From positions 93,682,001 to 93,746,000 of the forward strand of contig NC_043005.1 in the NCBI RefSeq assembly GCF_006345805.1: DNA of 64,000 bases. The letters run 5' to 3'. The DNA comes from Octopus sinensis (taxonomy: Eukaryota). Both the position numbers and the translations under genes were made by a program. Positions within the stretch are counted from its first letter, which is position 1. Every line of letters starts with the position of its first letter. Below are positions 56,687-64,000 of this stretch, piece after piece. The notes beneath the pieces are model-generated. The model made no database searches, was not told the DNA's origin, and was given only the letters and a program-made list of their open reading frames with translations.

Positions 56687-59600
56687 CATACATACATACA
56701 CATACACATACCCATACATATATATACACACATATACATATACACATGCACATACTTATATCTCTACATACTCGCATATACATATATATAATATATATAT
56801 ACACATATACACACACATACATATACCTATATACATGTATATATACACACATACATATATATACACATCTACAATTTGTATCTACACTCACATACCTGCA
56901 CTTACACATAACTCTACATACCTACATATACATCGACATACTCACGTACACTCATATATATACACATATATACATATACACACACACATACATATACATA
57001 TACATATACATACATATATATAAACATACACATACATAATACACATATACACACACATACATATATATATATATACACATACATACACATATATATATAT
57101 ATATATATACACATATATATATATGGCACCCATGCTGGTGGCACATAAAAAGCATCTTTCAAGCGTTGAGCCTTATGGAGGCAATGTAACCAGTGTCGCA
57201 TGACTAGCACCCATGCTGGTGGCATGTAAAAAGCACCTTTCGAGTGCTGGGTCTCATGGAGGCAATGACAAAGGACCAAGACCTTTGGCAATTTGCTGTG
57301 CTTGAGAAGGAAGATCCATCGAACCGAGTGGAATCGTAGTCATGGCAGTTGCTGGTGTCATGCAACTGGCACCCTTGCTAGGGGCATGTAAAAGCACCCA
57401 TTGCACTCTCAGAGTGGTTAGTGTTAGGAAGGGCATCCAGCTGTAGGGACCATGCCAAATCAGGCTAGAGTCTGGTGTACCCCCTCAGCTTACTAGCCCT
57501 GGTCAAACCGTCCAACCCATGCCAGCATGGACAACGGATGATATATGTATATAGAAACACAAATACATCCATGCACGTCGTATGTAAGGGAGATATTCAG
57601 TTCTTGCTCCATCTTGGCAGAATTAAAAGTTTCAATTTGAAATTGAAGAGCAAAGATGCAAAGAACAAACATTTTTTTTTTCTCATTATAACAGGGGTGA
57701 GGAAACCCATGCCTGCAGGCTGGTATACTTGTATGTACAAAATATAGTAAACCTTTCAGTTATAAAATATACACTATATTCCTTTGTCCCTTTTTGACAT
57801 AGGTCGCGTTTCTACTATGACTTAAAACAGATTCAAACAAGAAATCGTCTGGTAATTGCCATTGGAATGGAAATTTTGCTTTCACTATAAAACACATATT
57901 ACTAGGTTTGTGCCACCCCCTTCAGACCCAACTACATTAGCTGGAAAATATAGAATACTTCATAAGTAATATAAATGTCCGAAATTCAGTGGCAACGTTA
58001 ATGAAAATGTTAGACGTTAATTTAATATATATCAAATTATACTTAGAAGATACATACAAGGTTTACACAGATGTAAGAGTTAGAACTTGTGATCTGCTCG
58101 ACGACCTTTCTCTTTGGAAATCTTTGCCCCCCCCCCCAAAAAAAAAGTTCCCCCTCCATTGCATTATAGAGATCTTAAAATTGTCAGCATGACATAATGT
58201 GCTTTTGTAAAAAGTGAATTGATTATGCATCAGTTTCAATGGTCATATTCCAGTCAATGGTACTCCCTATTCAATGAATATAATGCTTGTGGCTGAGTGT
58301 AACCTTCATAATGACTTATGTGAACCTATTTGACAAGGCTGGCTCTTTGAATTACAAGTACAGAAGGTTCCTGAACTTCACCTGTTGAGATGAGAAAATA
58401 AGTTGATCTATAATTATTTTAATTCTGTTTCTTCTTTTGCATCTGAAGTGTGAAACTGTTTGGAAGCCCTTCAACATCAGAAGGGTTTCCACATTGTCTG
58501 ATTTCACTCAAAGGTTTCGATTCAGCCAATGTTAAGAAGATCCTTTTCCAAAGTGCCACTTACTGAGTTCATTCCACTCAAGATATCCTGATTGTGAAAA
58601 CAATGTTTTACACATCCGCCCATGTCAACACCTTCTATGATCCGTGTGCATATGTTCGCATTTATGAAGTTTTTGTTTTTCTTACTTTTTAAAGATATTT
58701 TGAATGAAGCCATTAGGAGGAGAAAAACAATAGTAAGCTATGCATTGAATTATTTAATGGCTACTGGTAACGTTTCTGCTCAATCCAGTGCACCTTTATG
58801 GCAGGTATGTGTCTTATATTTTTGTCTATGATATGTAAACTGAATCTTACTTAAAAGCAAATTTCTACAGTCCTTTTTGCTAACACCATTGCGATCACCG
58901 TTTAATATGCAGTTTTTCATGCTTGTATGGGTTATACAGAAACTGTTGAGGCATGTTTTCTATGACTGGATGCCCTTCCTGCCACCAACTCTCACCTGTT
59001 TTCAAGCAAGGTAATATTTCCCTGTGGCTCGATAAGTGGTCCATGGAAGAGTGGAAACAAATGACATGGCTGTGATACTTGTTTACAACTATCACGCAAT
59101 GTAAACACAAGGAGGCATAAGCACACACATATATACATACAAATATATATATGTGCATGCATGGTTGATGGAAACCAAAGGAAGCCTGTTGCGTGCATGC
59201 ATAAATATGCACTTAATGTATTGATGGGCTTTCTTTAATTTCTGTCTACCAAATCTATTAAGAGCGACTTGGTCAAATTCAGGCTAGAGTAGTAGCACTC
59301 TGTGTCCAAGGTGGCACACAGTAAGACCAAAGCTGAAATCACATAGTTTAGTAGTAAACTTGGATCTTTACCCTTTGAACGGCAGATCGAGAAATCAATT
59401 TTTTGTAACTAAACACTTCCAAACTTCGGACACTGGTAGAATGTGTCATATAAAACATCTTTTACTCTTAGCATTTTTGCAAAAAACATATTTTCAAAGT
59501 TATTTTGTGTTAAAGTTGTCATACTTTGGTAATTTCAACCAACCAATGACGTGTGTTCAGCTGAATAAAATTACTGCCGTTGTTTGTCATCAAGAGCTAT

Positions 59601-60593
59601 CAGCAGTGTATATTTCGTTTGTCATTTATGACATCATTCATGCATTTGAACTGGTTTTAGCTTTAAAGTTTTAGGGTTAGAGTTAGAGTTTCGGAAAAAA
59701 GTGAAAATTGAAGAAATTGGAGAGGGAGAGAAGCAAAAAAGTTTTTCCGAAAATAGTAGCTGTAAAACTGGAAAAAAAAAGAACTAAAAGCAGTAGAAAT
59801 GCACGAACGATTGTGGTAGTGCCATGAAGTAAACATGCTTCAGATAGACTCATTTGTTCATACAAACATAACGGAGATGAAATATGTCATAAACAACAGT
59901 GACAAACGAAATATACACAGCCGGAAGTTGTTGTTGACAAACAACAGCAGTAATTTTATTCAGCTGAACACACGTCATTGGTTGGTTGAAATTACCGAAA
60001 TACAACAACTTTAACATGAAATAACTTTGAAAATATAAGCTTTTCTCAACAACACTAAGAGTAAAAGATGTTTTATATGACACATTCTACCAGTGTCCGA
60101 AGTTTGAAAGTGTTTAGTTATAAAAAATTAATTTCTCGATCTGCTGTTCAAAGGGTAAAGATCCGTAAACTTCAGCAGATTAATGATTTAGTGTCAGAAA
60201 CTCGACTAAATGGTTACAGAGGCTATCATATAAAAGCACCTGTGGAGAACCATGTAAAAATACCCATTATACTCTCTGAGTGGTTGTTGTTACGAAAGGC
60301 ATCCAGCTGTAGAAACCATGCCAAATGCACCTCCAGCTTGCCAGCTTTGGTCAAGGCATCCAACCCATGCCAACATGGACAACAGATGTTAAATGATGAT
60401 GATGGTATTATGTCCAGGACACATTTTTAATAGTTTTTTTCCTTTCTTTTTGTGTAGAAAACTGGTCTTTGTGTCATAGCTGAGCGATTGAATTACCACA
60501 GGTTTCTGTCACATTTTAGAGCTATTAACCGTGGTTCTAGCTTAAAAAAACATAGCATTGCTGGTGTACGCAAACTTTATCCAGAATCTTGGG
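18806..60593 (+). CDS. POLR1B: RNA polymerase I second-largest subunit (RPA2/RPA135), spliced gene, exons 1-16; 3' part lies beyond the window
   Basis: The 16 exons total 1486 nt (495 codons + 1 nt). All have AG acceptors and GT donors with compatible phases and no stops. The joined protein is colinear with Pol I RPA2: SHVDSFN, LYPAECRQRRISY, LGDVPVMVKSNICNL, GEEAEEAGGYFIINGIEKVVR, ICIHL, KKLYAFVRGEC, MATGN, FLSHFR..RG, VRKLYPESWG. Confidence 0.95.
20546..22558 (+). mobile_element. Decayed 5'-truncated RTE LINE
   Basis: MQFGFVPG, FIDLEKTFD and VGVH*GSVLS motifs, a Cys-rich segment and GRGKPRKTW, then 3' UTR and a (GAT)n tail ending at 22558; many stops. Confidence 0.92.
23071..23317. mobile_element. 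hAT (Charlie-type) MITE, 247 bp
   Basis: TIR cagtggttcccaaa / tttggggaccactg (1 mismatch in 14); perfect 8-bp TSD CTATAAAG. Confidence 0.92.
24040..24660 (-). mobile_element. Mariner transposase remnant
   Basis: FLKQLVTGDKKWIVYDNIVRERSW (mariner TGDEKW..YDN) and KLHELGWNLLHH; disrupted. Confidence 0.85.
24710..24787 (+). CDS. POLR1B: POLR1B exon 2 (LIQYLVRSHVDSFNFMLANTLQRSLE)
   Basis: Acceptor tattttcag, donor gtaagt; carries the HVxSFN motif. Confidence 0.93.
26294..26353 (+). CDS. POLR1B: POLR1B exon 3 (SLPEHAFRTEYGQIISFNIK)
   Basis: Acceptor tttattccag, donor gtaagt; 60 nt, phase 0/0; colinear position. Confidence 0.85.
27556..27630 (+). CDS. POLR1B: POLR1B exon 4 (DIFIGNPTVSKSNVSGATQMLYPAE)
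   Basis: Acceptor tttttctag, donor gtaagt; PTV and YPAE motifs. Confidence 0.93.
28837..28956 (+). CDS. POLR1B: POLR1B exon 5 (CRQRRISYTGPLIVTLGWSIDGVKQEAIPKHLGDVPVMVK)
   Basis: Acceptor caataaag, donor gtatgt; CRxRRxxY and LGxVPxMVK motifs. Confidence 0.95.
30613..30678 (+). CDS. POLR1B: POLR1B exon 6 (SNICNLKNLTPTELVQKGEEAE)
   Basis: Acceptor tttgttgcag, donor gtatgg; SxxCNL...EEAE motif. Confidence 0.95.
31985..32550 (-). mobile_element. RTE LINE C-terminal fragment
   Basis: Colinear with 1870-2360. Confidence 0.8.
32760..32834 (+). CDS. POLR1B: POLR1B exon 7 (EAGGYFIINGIEKVVRLIVEVRKNH)
   Basis: Acceptor catttacag, donor gtaagt; GGYFIINGxEKV is a hallmark of the second-largest polymerase subunit. 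Confidence 0.96.
35655..35753 (+). CDS. POLR1B: POLR1B exon 8 (PLCIKQPSLKKGGELFTEYALKIRCQKPNGFSR)
   Basis: Acceptor cctttatag, donor gtatga; aligns to human [25 protein letters not shown]. Confidence 0.88.
37010..37700 (-). mobile_element. RTE LINE C-terminal fragment
   Basis: LEVIDSFHYLG...WAKFRELL...RTTMLHGSGTWAV (ORF 37392-37772). Confidence 0.88.
38350..41690 (+). mobile_element. CR1-clade LINE: end of ORF1 plus near-complete ORF2 (APE endonuclease + RT), inactivated
   Basis: EN motifs LLLNIRGL, IALTETHL, MGDFNLP, LDLCFTN, SDHNMV. RT motifs QHGFRPGRSCLTQL, YLDFAKAFDKVDH, SGVPQGTVLGPLLF, YADDTK. C-terminal LYSLERRRER and a (TAAAA)n tail. Frameshifts near 38.8 and 40.5 kb and a TGA near 40902. 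Confidence 0.95.
42252..42347 (+). CDS. POLR1B: POLR1B exon 9 (ELTFHYLSNGCVQVSFQFSKVYYIVPVMYLLK)
   Basis: Acceptor ccttttcag, donor gtaagt; HYLxNG motif. Confidence 0.93.
44117..44193 (+). CDS. POLR1B: POLR1B exon 10 (GLLDVSDNYIYDELLKGNEKNSFYK-S)
   Basis: Acceptor tttcattcag, donor gtaaag; ends in phase 2, matching exon 11. Confidence 0.92.
45570..48110 (+). mobile_element. Decayed hAT transposase (TTF zinc finger/DUF4371/hAT dimerization, ZMYM1-like) in POLR1B intron 10
   Basis: WLVYS, HEKSMDH, YSIVLDCTP..HQEQMTVIIRF, CRGQSYDNGSNMKGKHCGIQ and C-terminal FPSVL...SFSKLKLIKSYL...QERL; many frameshifts. An RTE tail is inserted at ~47922-48047. TIRs not confidently located. Confidence 0.9.
48631..48774 (+). 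CDS. POLR1B: POLR1B exon 11 (CIIFMLRQLSNEDLLSQSSVLKYLGSKFRAMYNNPWLSDEIMGERLL-S)
   Basis: Acceptor cttatttcag, donor gtaagt; MLR and VLxYLGxxFR motifs; phase 2/2. Confidence 0.94.
48905..48958 (+). CDS. POLR1B: POLR1B exon 12 (DYICIHLQSNVDKFNLL-V)
   Basis: Acceptor ttctttgtag, donor gtaagt; ICIHLxSNxxKF motif; preceded by a 130-nt intron. Confidence 0.94.
50456..50675. mobile_element. piggyBac-type MITE, 220 bp; related copies at ~3650-3880 and ~51500-51670
   Basis: TTAA|CCCTTT...AAAGGG|TTAA structure. Confidence 0.75.
50871..50988 (+). CDS. POLR1B: POLR1B exon 13 (YLVKKLYAFVRGECAADNRDSIINHEVLDAGRLYSLVLF)
   Basis: Acceptor ttctttgcag, donor gtaagt; KLyAxxxGEC..DNxDS..NxEVL motif. Confidence 0.95.
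52325..52409 (+). CDS. POLR1B: POLR1B exon 14 (DNLYKWLRSIQYEINKLLSSKSYTTITP-D)
   Basis: Acceptor aatttccag, donor gtattt; WLxSI motif; phase-1 end matches exon 15. Confidence 0.85.
53123..53168 (-). ncRNA. Decayed minimal type I hammerhead ribozyme (Penelope-like)
   Basis: Minus strand reads UUACUU UUGACAA UCUUU..AAAGU GAAA CCGG UC AAGUGA, with palindromic stem III (ACCGGU), a GUC triplet and stem I pairing. The core differs from CUGANGA at C3 and G8. Confidence 0.55.
54110..54470 (+). mobile_element. Second tRNA-derived SINE family; copies also at ~30840-31000 (+) and ~37980-38120, 49850-50045, 51130-51370 (-)
   Basis: Shared body ggctgtgtggtaag...ggttcagtcccactg...gcactttgggcaagtgtcttctatag. 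Confidence 0.7.
54699..54749 (-). ncRNA. Type I hammerhead ribozyme motif
   Basis: Minus strand reads AGCUUC CUGAAGA UUUC-UCUU-GAAU GAAA CAG-UUCUAGUC-CUG UA GAAGCU: complete core, 6-bp stem I, 4-bp stem III, GUA triplet. Stem II has 3 bp with U-U at 10.1/11.1. Confidence 0.75.
54965..57125. repeat. ~2.1-kb degenerate (CA)n/(TA)n/(CATA)n microsatellite field with a short non-repeat interruption (~55410-55560)
   Basis: Directly visible. Confidence 0.97.
58695..58804 (+). CDS. POLR1B: POLR1B exon 15 (ILNEAIRRRKTIVSYALNYLMATGNVSAQSSAPLWQ)
   Basis: Acceptor ctttttaaag, donor gtatgt; YLxATGN motif. Confidence 0.92.
59362..60164. mobile_element. Non-autonomous Merlin-like element, 803 bp, ~270-bp TIRs, 8-bp TSD
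   Basis: Termini GGATCTTTACCCTTTGAAC / GTTCAAAGGGTAAAGATCC; perfect TSD GTAAACTT (59354-59361, 60165-60172). The TIR shares tggtagaatgtgtca and taactaaacact motifs with 15727-15958. Confidence 0.88.
60458..60593 (+). CDS. POLR1B: POLR1B exon 16 (KTGLCVIAERLNYHRFLSHFRAINRGSSLKKHSIAGVRKLYPESW-G)
   Basis: Acceptor tttgtgtag, donor gtaagt; GLCVxAxxLN..RFLSHFR and VRKLxPESWG motifs are specific to Pol I RPA2. Confidence 0.96.
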
Positions 60594-60989
60594 GTAAGTT
60601 CTACCATTTTGCCAATAAAATGTTTTGATGGATTCCCATCAAGGCATATTTTGCAGTTTTCTTTTGAGTTGTCTTTGTTTTATTAAATGGATGCAAACCT
60701 ACTGCTCATAATGTTTGTGCATGTATAAATGTGTGTGTGTGTGGTCATTTGTTTAATGTATGTTTTTCCATGCTAGCACAGGTTGGATAAGACATTATTT
60801 GAGGTCCTGTTTTTACAACTATATGCTCTTTTTGTTGCTAATTCTTGTCTGTTTTTTAAGATACAAGACTTCTAATTCTACTTCAAAAGTGCTAATCCAC
60901 ATGATAATTTGTTGACAGTAACAGTTAAAATAATGTCATTGGTTCGTTGTTTTTGCTGACAGTCCCATGTGAAAATGTTGTGGAATGGA

Positions 60990-61200
60990 AACATTTACAC
61001 TCACATATGCACTCTCTCTCTCTCCCTCCTTCTCCCATCCCCAAAACATGACACTTCTGCCGCCATGTTTTACAGTAGGTGCTGTGCATTTGTCGCTATT
61101 ATCTTCACCTGGTTGTTGCCATACTCATTTAATACCATCTGACCCAAACAAGTTAATTTTAGTCTCATCAGAAAATTGACTTCGATTCCAAAACTCCTTC
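60990..61200 (-). mobile_element. Tc1 transposase remnant
   Basis: The minus strand reads like FSDETKINLFGSDG....PTVKHGG.SVMFWG. Confidence 0.75.
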
Positions 61201-61358
61201 CCCTTACTTGTTCTATATACTCTGGGAATGCATTAAAGCCCTTTGCGGGGTTACCTTATTTGAATTCTTATTATCGGGTAACTAATTTCATGTTATTATA
61301 TAACTAACTTCACAATTTGGGTATTCATAACTTATTGGGAATTCCTAAAAACAAGACA

Positions 61359-62313
61359 TGCATAAGCTCGCAAGGAATGAAGCTTGTATGATCCGATGGA
61401 TGAGTAATGTCAGTGTGCATACTCAACAGAGTGTAAGTACCTTGAGAGAAAAGTTGGACCTAAGAAACATCAGATGTGCTATGCAAGAGAGATGACTGTG
61501 CTGGTATGGCCATGTGGCGAGAATGGATGAGGATAGCTGTGTGAAAAAGTGCCACACCCTAGCGGTTGAGGGAACCTGTGGAAGAGGCAGACCCAGGAAA
61601 ACCTGGGATGAAGTGGTGAAGCACGACCTTCGAACTTTAGGCCTCACCAATGAAATGGCTAGTGACCGAGACTTGGAAATATGCTGTGCTTGAGAAGACT
61701 CGGCAAAGCCCAAGTGAGACCATAACTTCGTGGCCTATGCCAGGGGCATAACCAGCCCACTTATGTGTACCTTTTCCTTCTTTGGACACTAAACTCTGCT
61801 TGCGAAGACCTGTTAAGGCAAGTGAAATCAAAATCAAATTCGATGACTGGCATCCATGCTAGTGGGGTGCAAAGAGCACCGTATGAGTGTGATTGTTGAC
61901 AGAGCGGCTAACCGGCTTTCGTGCCAGTGGCACATAAAAGGCTACAAATAAAAGGGTGATTGTTACCAGCGTCGCCTTACTGGCACTTGTGCCCCGTGCT
62001 AGTAGGGTGCTAAGAGCATCATCCGAGCATGATCGTTGCCAGAGCAGCTAACTGGCTTCCATGCCGGTGGCACATAAAAGGCACCATTCGAGCATGATCG
62101 TTGCCAGCACTGCCTGACTGGCCCCCATGCCGGTGGAATGTAAAAGCACCCACTACACTCTCGGAGTGGTTGTTGTTAGGAAGGGCATCCAGCTGTAGTA
62201 ACTCTGCCAGATCAAGATTGGAGCCTGGTGCAGCCATCTGGTTCGCCAGCCCTCAGTCAAATCGTCCAACCCATGCTAGCATGGAAAGCGGATGTTAAAC
62301 GATGATGATGATG
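61359..62313 (+). mobile_element. 5'-truncated RTE LINE (C-terminus + 3' UTR + (GAT)n tail)
   Basis: IRWMSNVSVHT...WYGHVARMDEDSCVKKCHTLAVEGTCGRGRPRKTWDEV; very similar to the reverse complement of 1248-2190. Confidence 0.93.
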
Positions 62314-62346
62314 AAGATCCTCTGTAAGACACAAAAACTGTTTTAA

Positions 62347-63040
62347 CCCCTTACCCAACAATTATTTTGAAAATAAATGTATTTTTTCAGACATATTTTT
62401 TAATTGTTTTATTTTACTATGTTTTGAATGGTGATTTCGAGGTATATTTCAAACCTTATTTATTATGAATTTTAATTCAATAATATTGATTTTAAATTAC
62501 CGCTTTGGGCAGAAACGAGTTAACCCGTTTTTTTCATAAATCATATTACTTTTACAAAAAATCATGTTATTTTATTTGGTTATCTTATTTTCCAAATTTA
62601 GAATGAATGATCAAAACATGATTGTTTACTTCTGTTGATTTTATTACTTCAAAACTCTTCTGACGAACTTTCACTCTCATCAGATGTATCCAACCCTCCA
62701 AGAGAAGCTTCATAATCGCTATCATCATCAGAGCTCGACAACGTAAAAACAAAGTGAATACTTCTATTCATAAAATGTGCCTTCCAACCCTTCGACTGTC
62801 TCCAGGTGACTAAATCATACTCGGTCTTCAATGCCTTACTCAAGCGAAAGGTGGCAGAAATCGTCACTGCCAGACGTATAAAGTGAGCAAAATATACTCG
62901 TATATGTCAAAAAAGAGTTTATAATAGACGAAGGAACTCGTTTGCTGTCGATTTTGGCGAGTCTATCTTTTGACGAGTTAACTCGCCAGAGATAGAAAAA
63001 AACGATTTCGGTCAAAACGCATATATTCGTTTCTGTCGGG
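62347..63040 (-). mobile_element. Possible piggyBac-derived remnant
   Basis: Follows TTAA, begins CCC and ends GGG. It has an internal repeated cgagttaac motif and an acidic ORF (SSSDDDSDYE..SDESESSSEE) like piggyBac N-termini. TIRs do not match cleanly. Confidence 0.35.
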
Positions 63041-63349
63041 TTTGTATTGTTGTTTTTGCTGCTTCCTGGGAATTACCGGCTACGTCAGCTAGTAATATAT
63101 AGTAGGAAACGGTTGAGAATATTGGTTGTTAAGGGGAGGCGATTCTTGATTTTACAAGTAATATTTAGGCGTCTGTATGTATTTTTCAATTGGTTAAGAC
63201 AGTTTAATCAGTATTGTTTATGTATTATATTATGTAATATATATGTATTGATGGATGGGCTGTATCCATATCTATGCATGTGTAGCTACGAAAGGAACAC
63301 TTATCTGTTTTAGTTATATATATGTATATATTGTATATGATTAATTGAT

Positions 63350-64000
63350 TGATTGATTGATTCTAGTTTCAGCTTATGAGCTGTGGCCATGCTGGGGCAC
63401 TGCCATTTGGTGTTGCTACTTGGTTTTACTTCACGAAAGCTTTTTAGCAACTGCCATTTGGTGCATGAGAGAGTTCGATGCAGCTGCCCTCATCTGCACC
63501 TCCTGCCGGGAAGTTGGTTCATCTGGGACACCTGACAGGAAGAGATCCAGTTTCATTTTAAAGATATCTGCATCTATCCCATGCAGGTCTCTCAGGTTCT
63601 TCGGGAGGATATTGAAGAGCTGTGGGCCTCGGAAGCCCAGGCTATCACAGTATCTTGTCCTACATCTTGATGGCAAGTTTGGAGTCCTAGGCACCACGCA
63701 GTGGCGCCCAGTTCTGGCATTTGCGTAAATCTCGATGCCAAAGTTTAGGACACGTCCCTCCAGGATCTTCCAGATGTATATTATGGCATATCTTTCCCGC
63801 CTACGCTCCAAGGAATATAGTTTTAATCTCTTGAGTCTTTCCCAGTAGCTCACATTCTGCATAGAGGCTATCTTCTTCGTGTAGCTACGTTGGATCGCCT
63901 CGAGCTCTGTGATCAACTTGACACTGGATGGTGACCATAACTGAGAGCAGTAGTCAAAGTGGCTTAGGACAAGTGTCCTCCAGAGGACCATCATGGTTTC
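63350..64000 (-). mobile_element. 3' end of a second copy of the CR1-type LINE at 38350-41690; runs off the window
   Basis: ORF 63431-63994 is colinear with 41030-41591 (LYSLERRRERYAIIYIWKILEG...MRAAASNSLMHQMA). Confidence 0.95.

Noticed and set aside
50871-60593. RNA editing restoring the divergent RPA2 motifs
   Set aside because: A-to-I changes cannot convert the observed codons (AAC, AGA, AGC, TTA) into the canonical His, Pro or Phe.
18899-60600. U12-type (minor) introns in POLR1B
   Set aside because: None of the 16 donors matches GTATCCTT/ATATCCTT; all are GT-AG U2-like.
62655-62690. CTGATGA-gagt-GAAA on the - strand
   Set aside because: No stem I, II or III pairing; it is simply the codons for SDESE in an acidic ORF.

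Overview
AT-rich, repeat-dense animal genomic DNA, most likely a coleoid cephalopod (Octopus-like). This is inferred from the RTE-LINE 3' ends with (GAT)n tails, the tRNA-derived SINEs and the very long AT/AC microsatellites. The one host gene I can support is on the + strand: 16 small GT-AG exons (18806-60593) that splice in frame to 495 codons of an RNA polymerase I second-largest subunit (POLR1B/RPA2). The gene must continue past the window end. This RPA2 is unusually divergent at normally conserved motifs, including fork loop 2. Most of the rest is transposon debris: RTE and CR1-type LINEs, hAT, mariner, Tc1, piggyBac-like and Helitron-like pieces. There is also a nest of Merlin/IS1595-like elements (GGATC termini, 8-bp TSDs) containing a telomere-repeat palindrome. 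Intron 14 holds two type I hammerhead-ribozyme motifs on the - strand, one nearly intact and one decayed, typical of Penelope-like elements or non-LTR retrozymes. Most ORFs in the supplied track are microsatellite or TE artefacts. All alignments and folds were done by eye; no searches were run.
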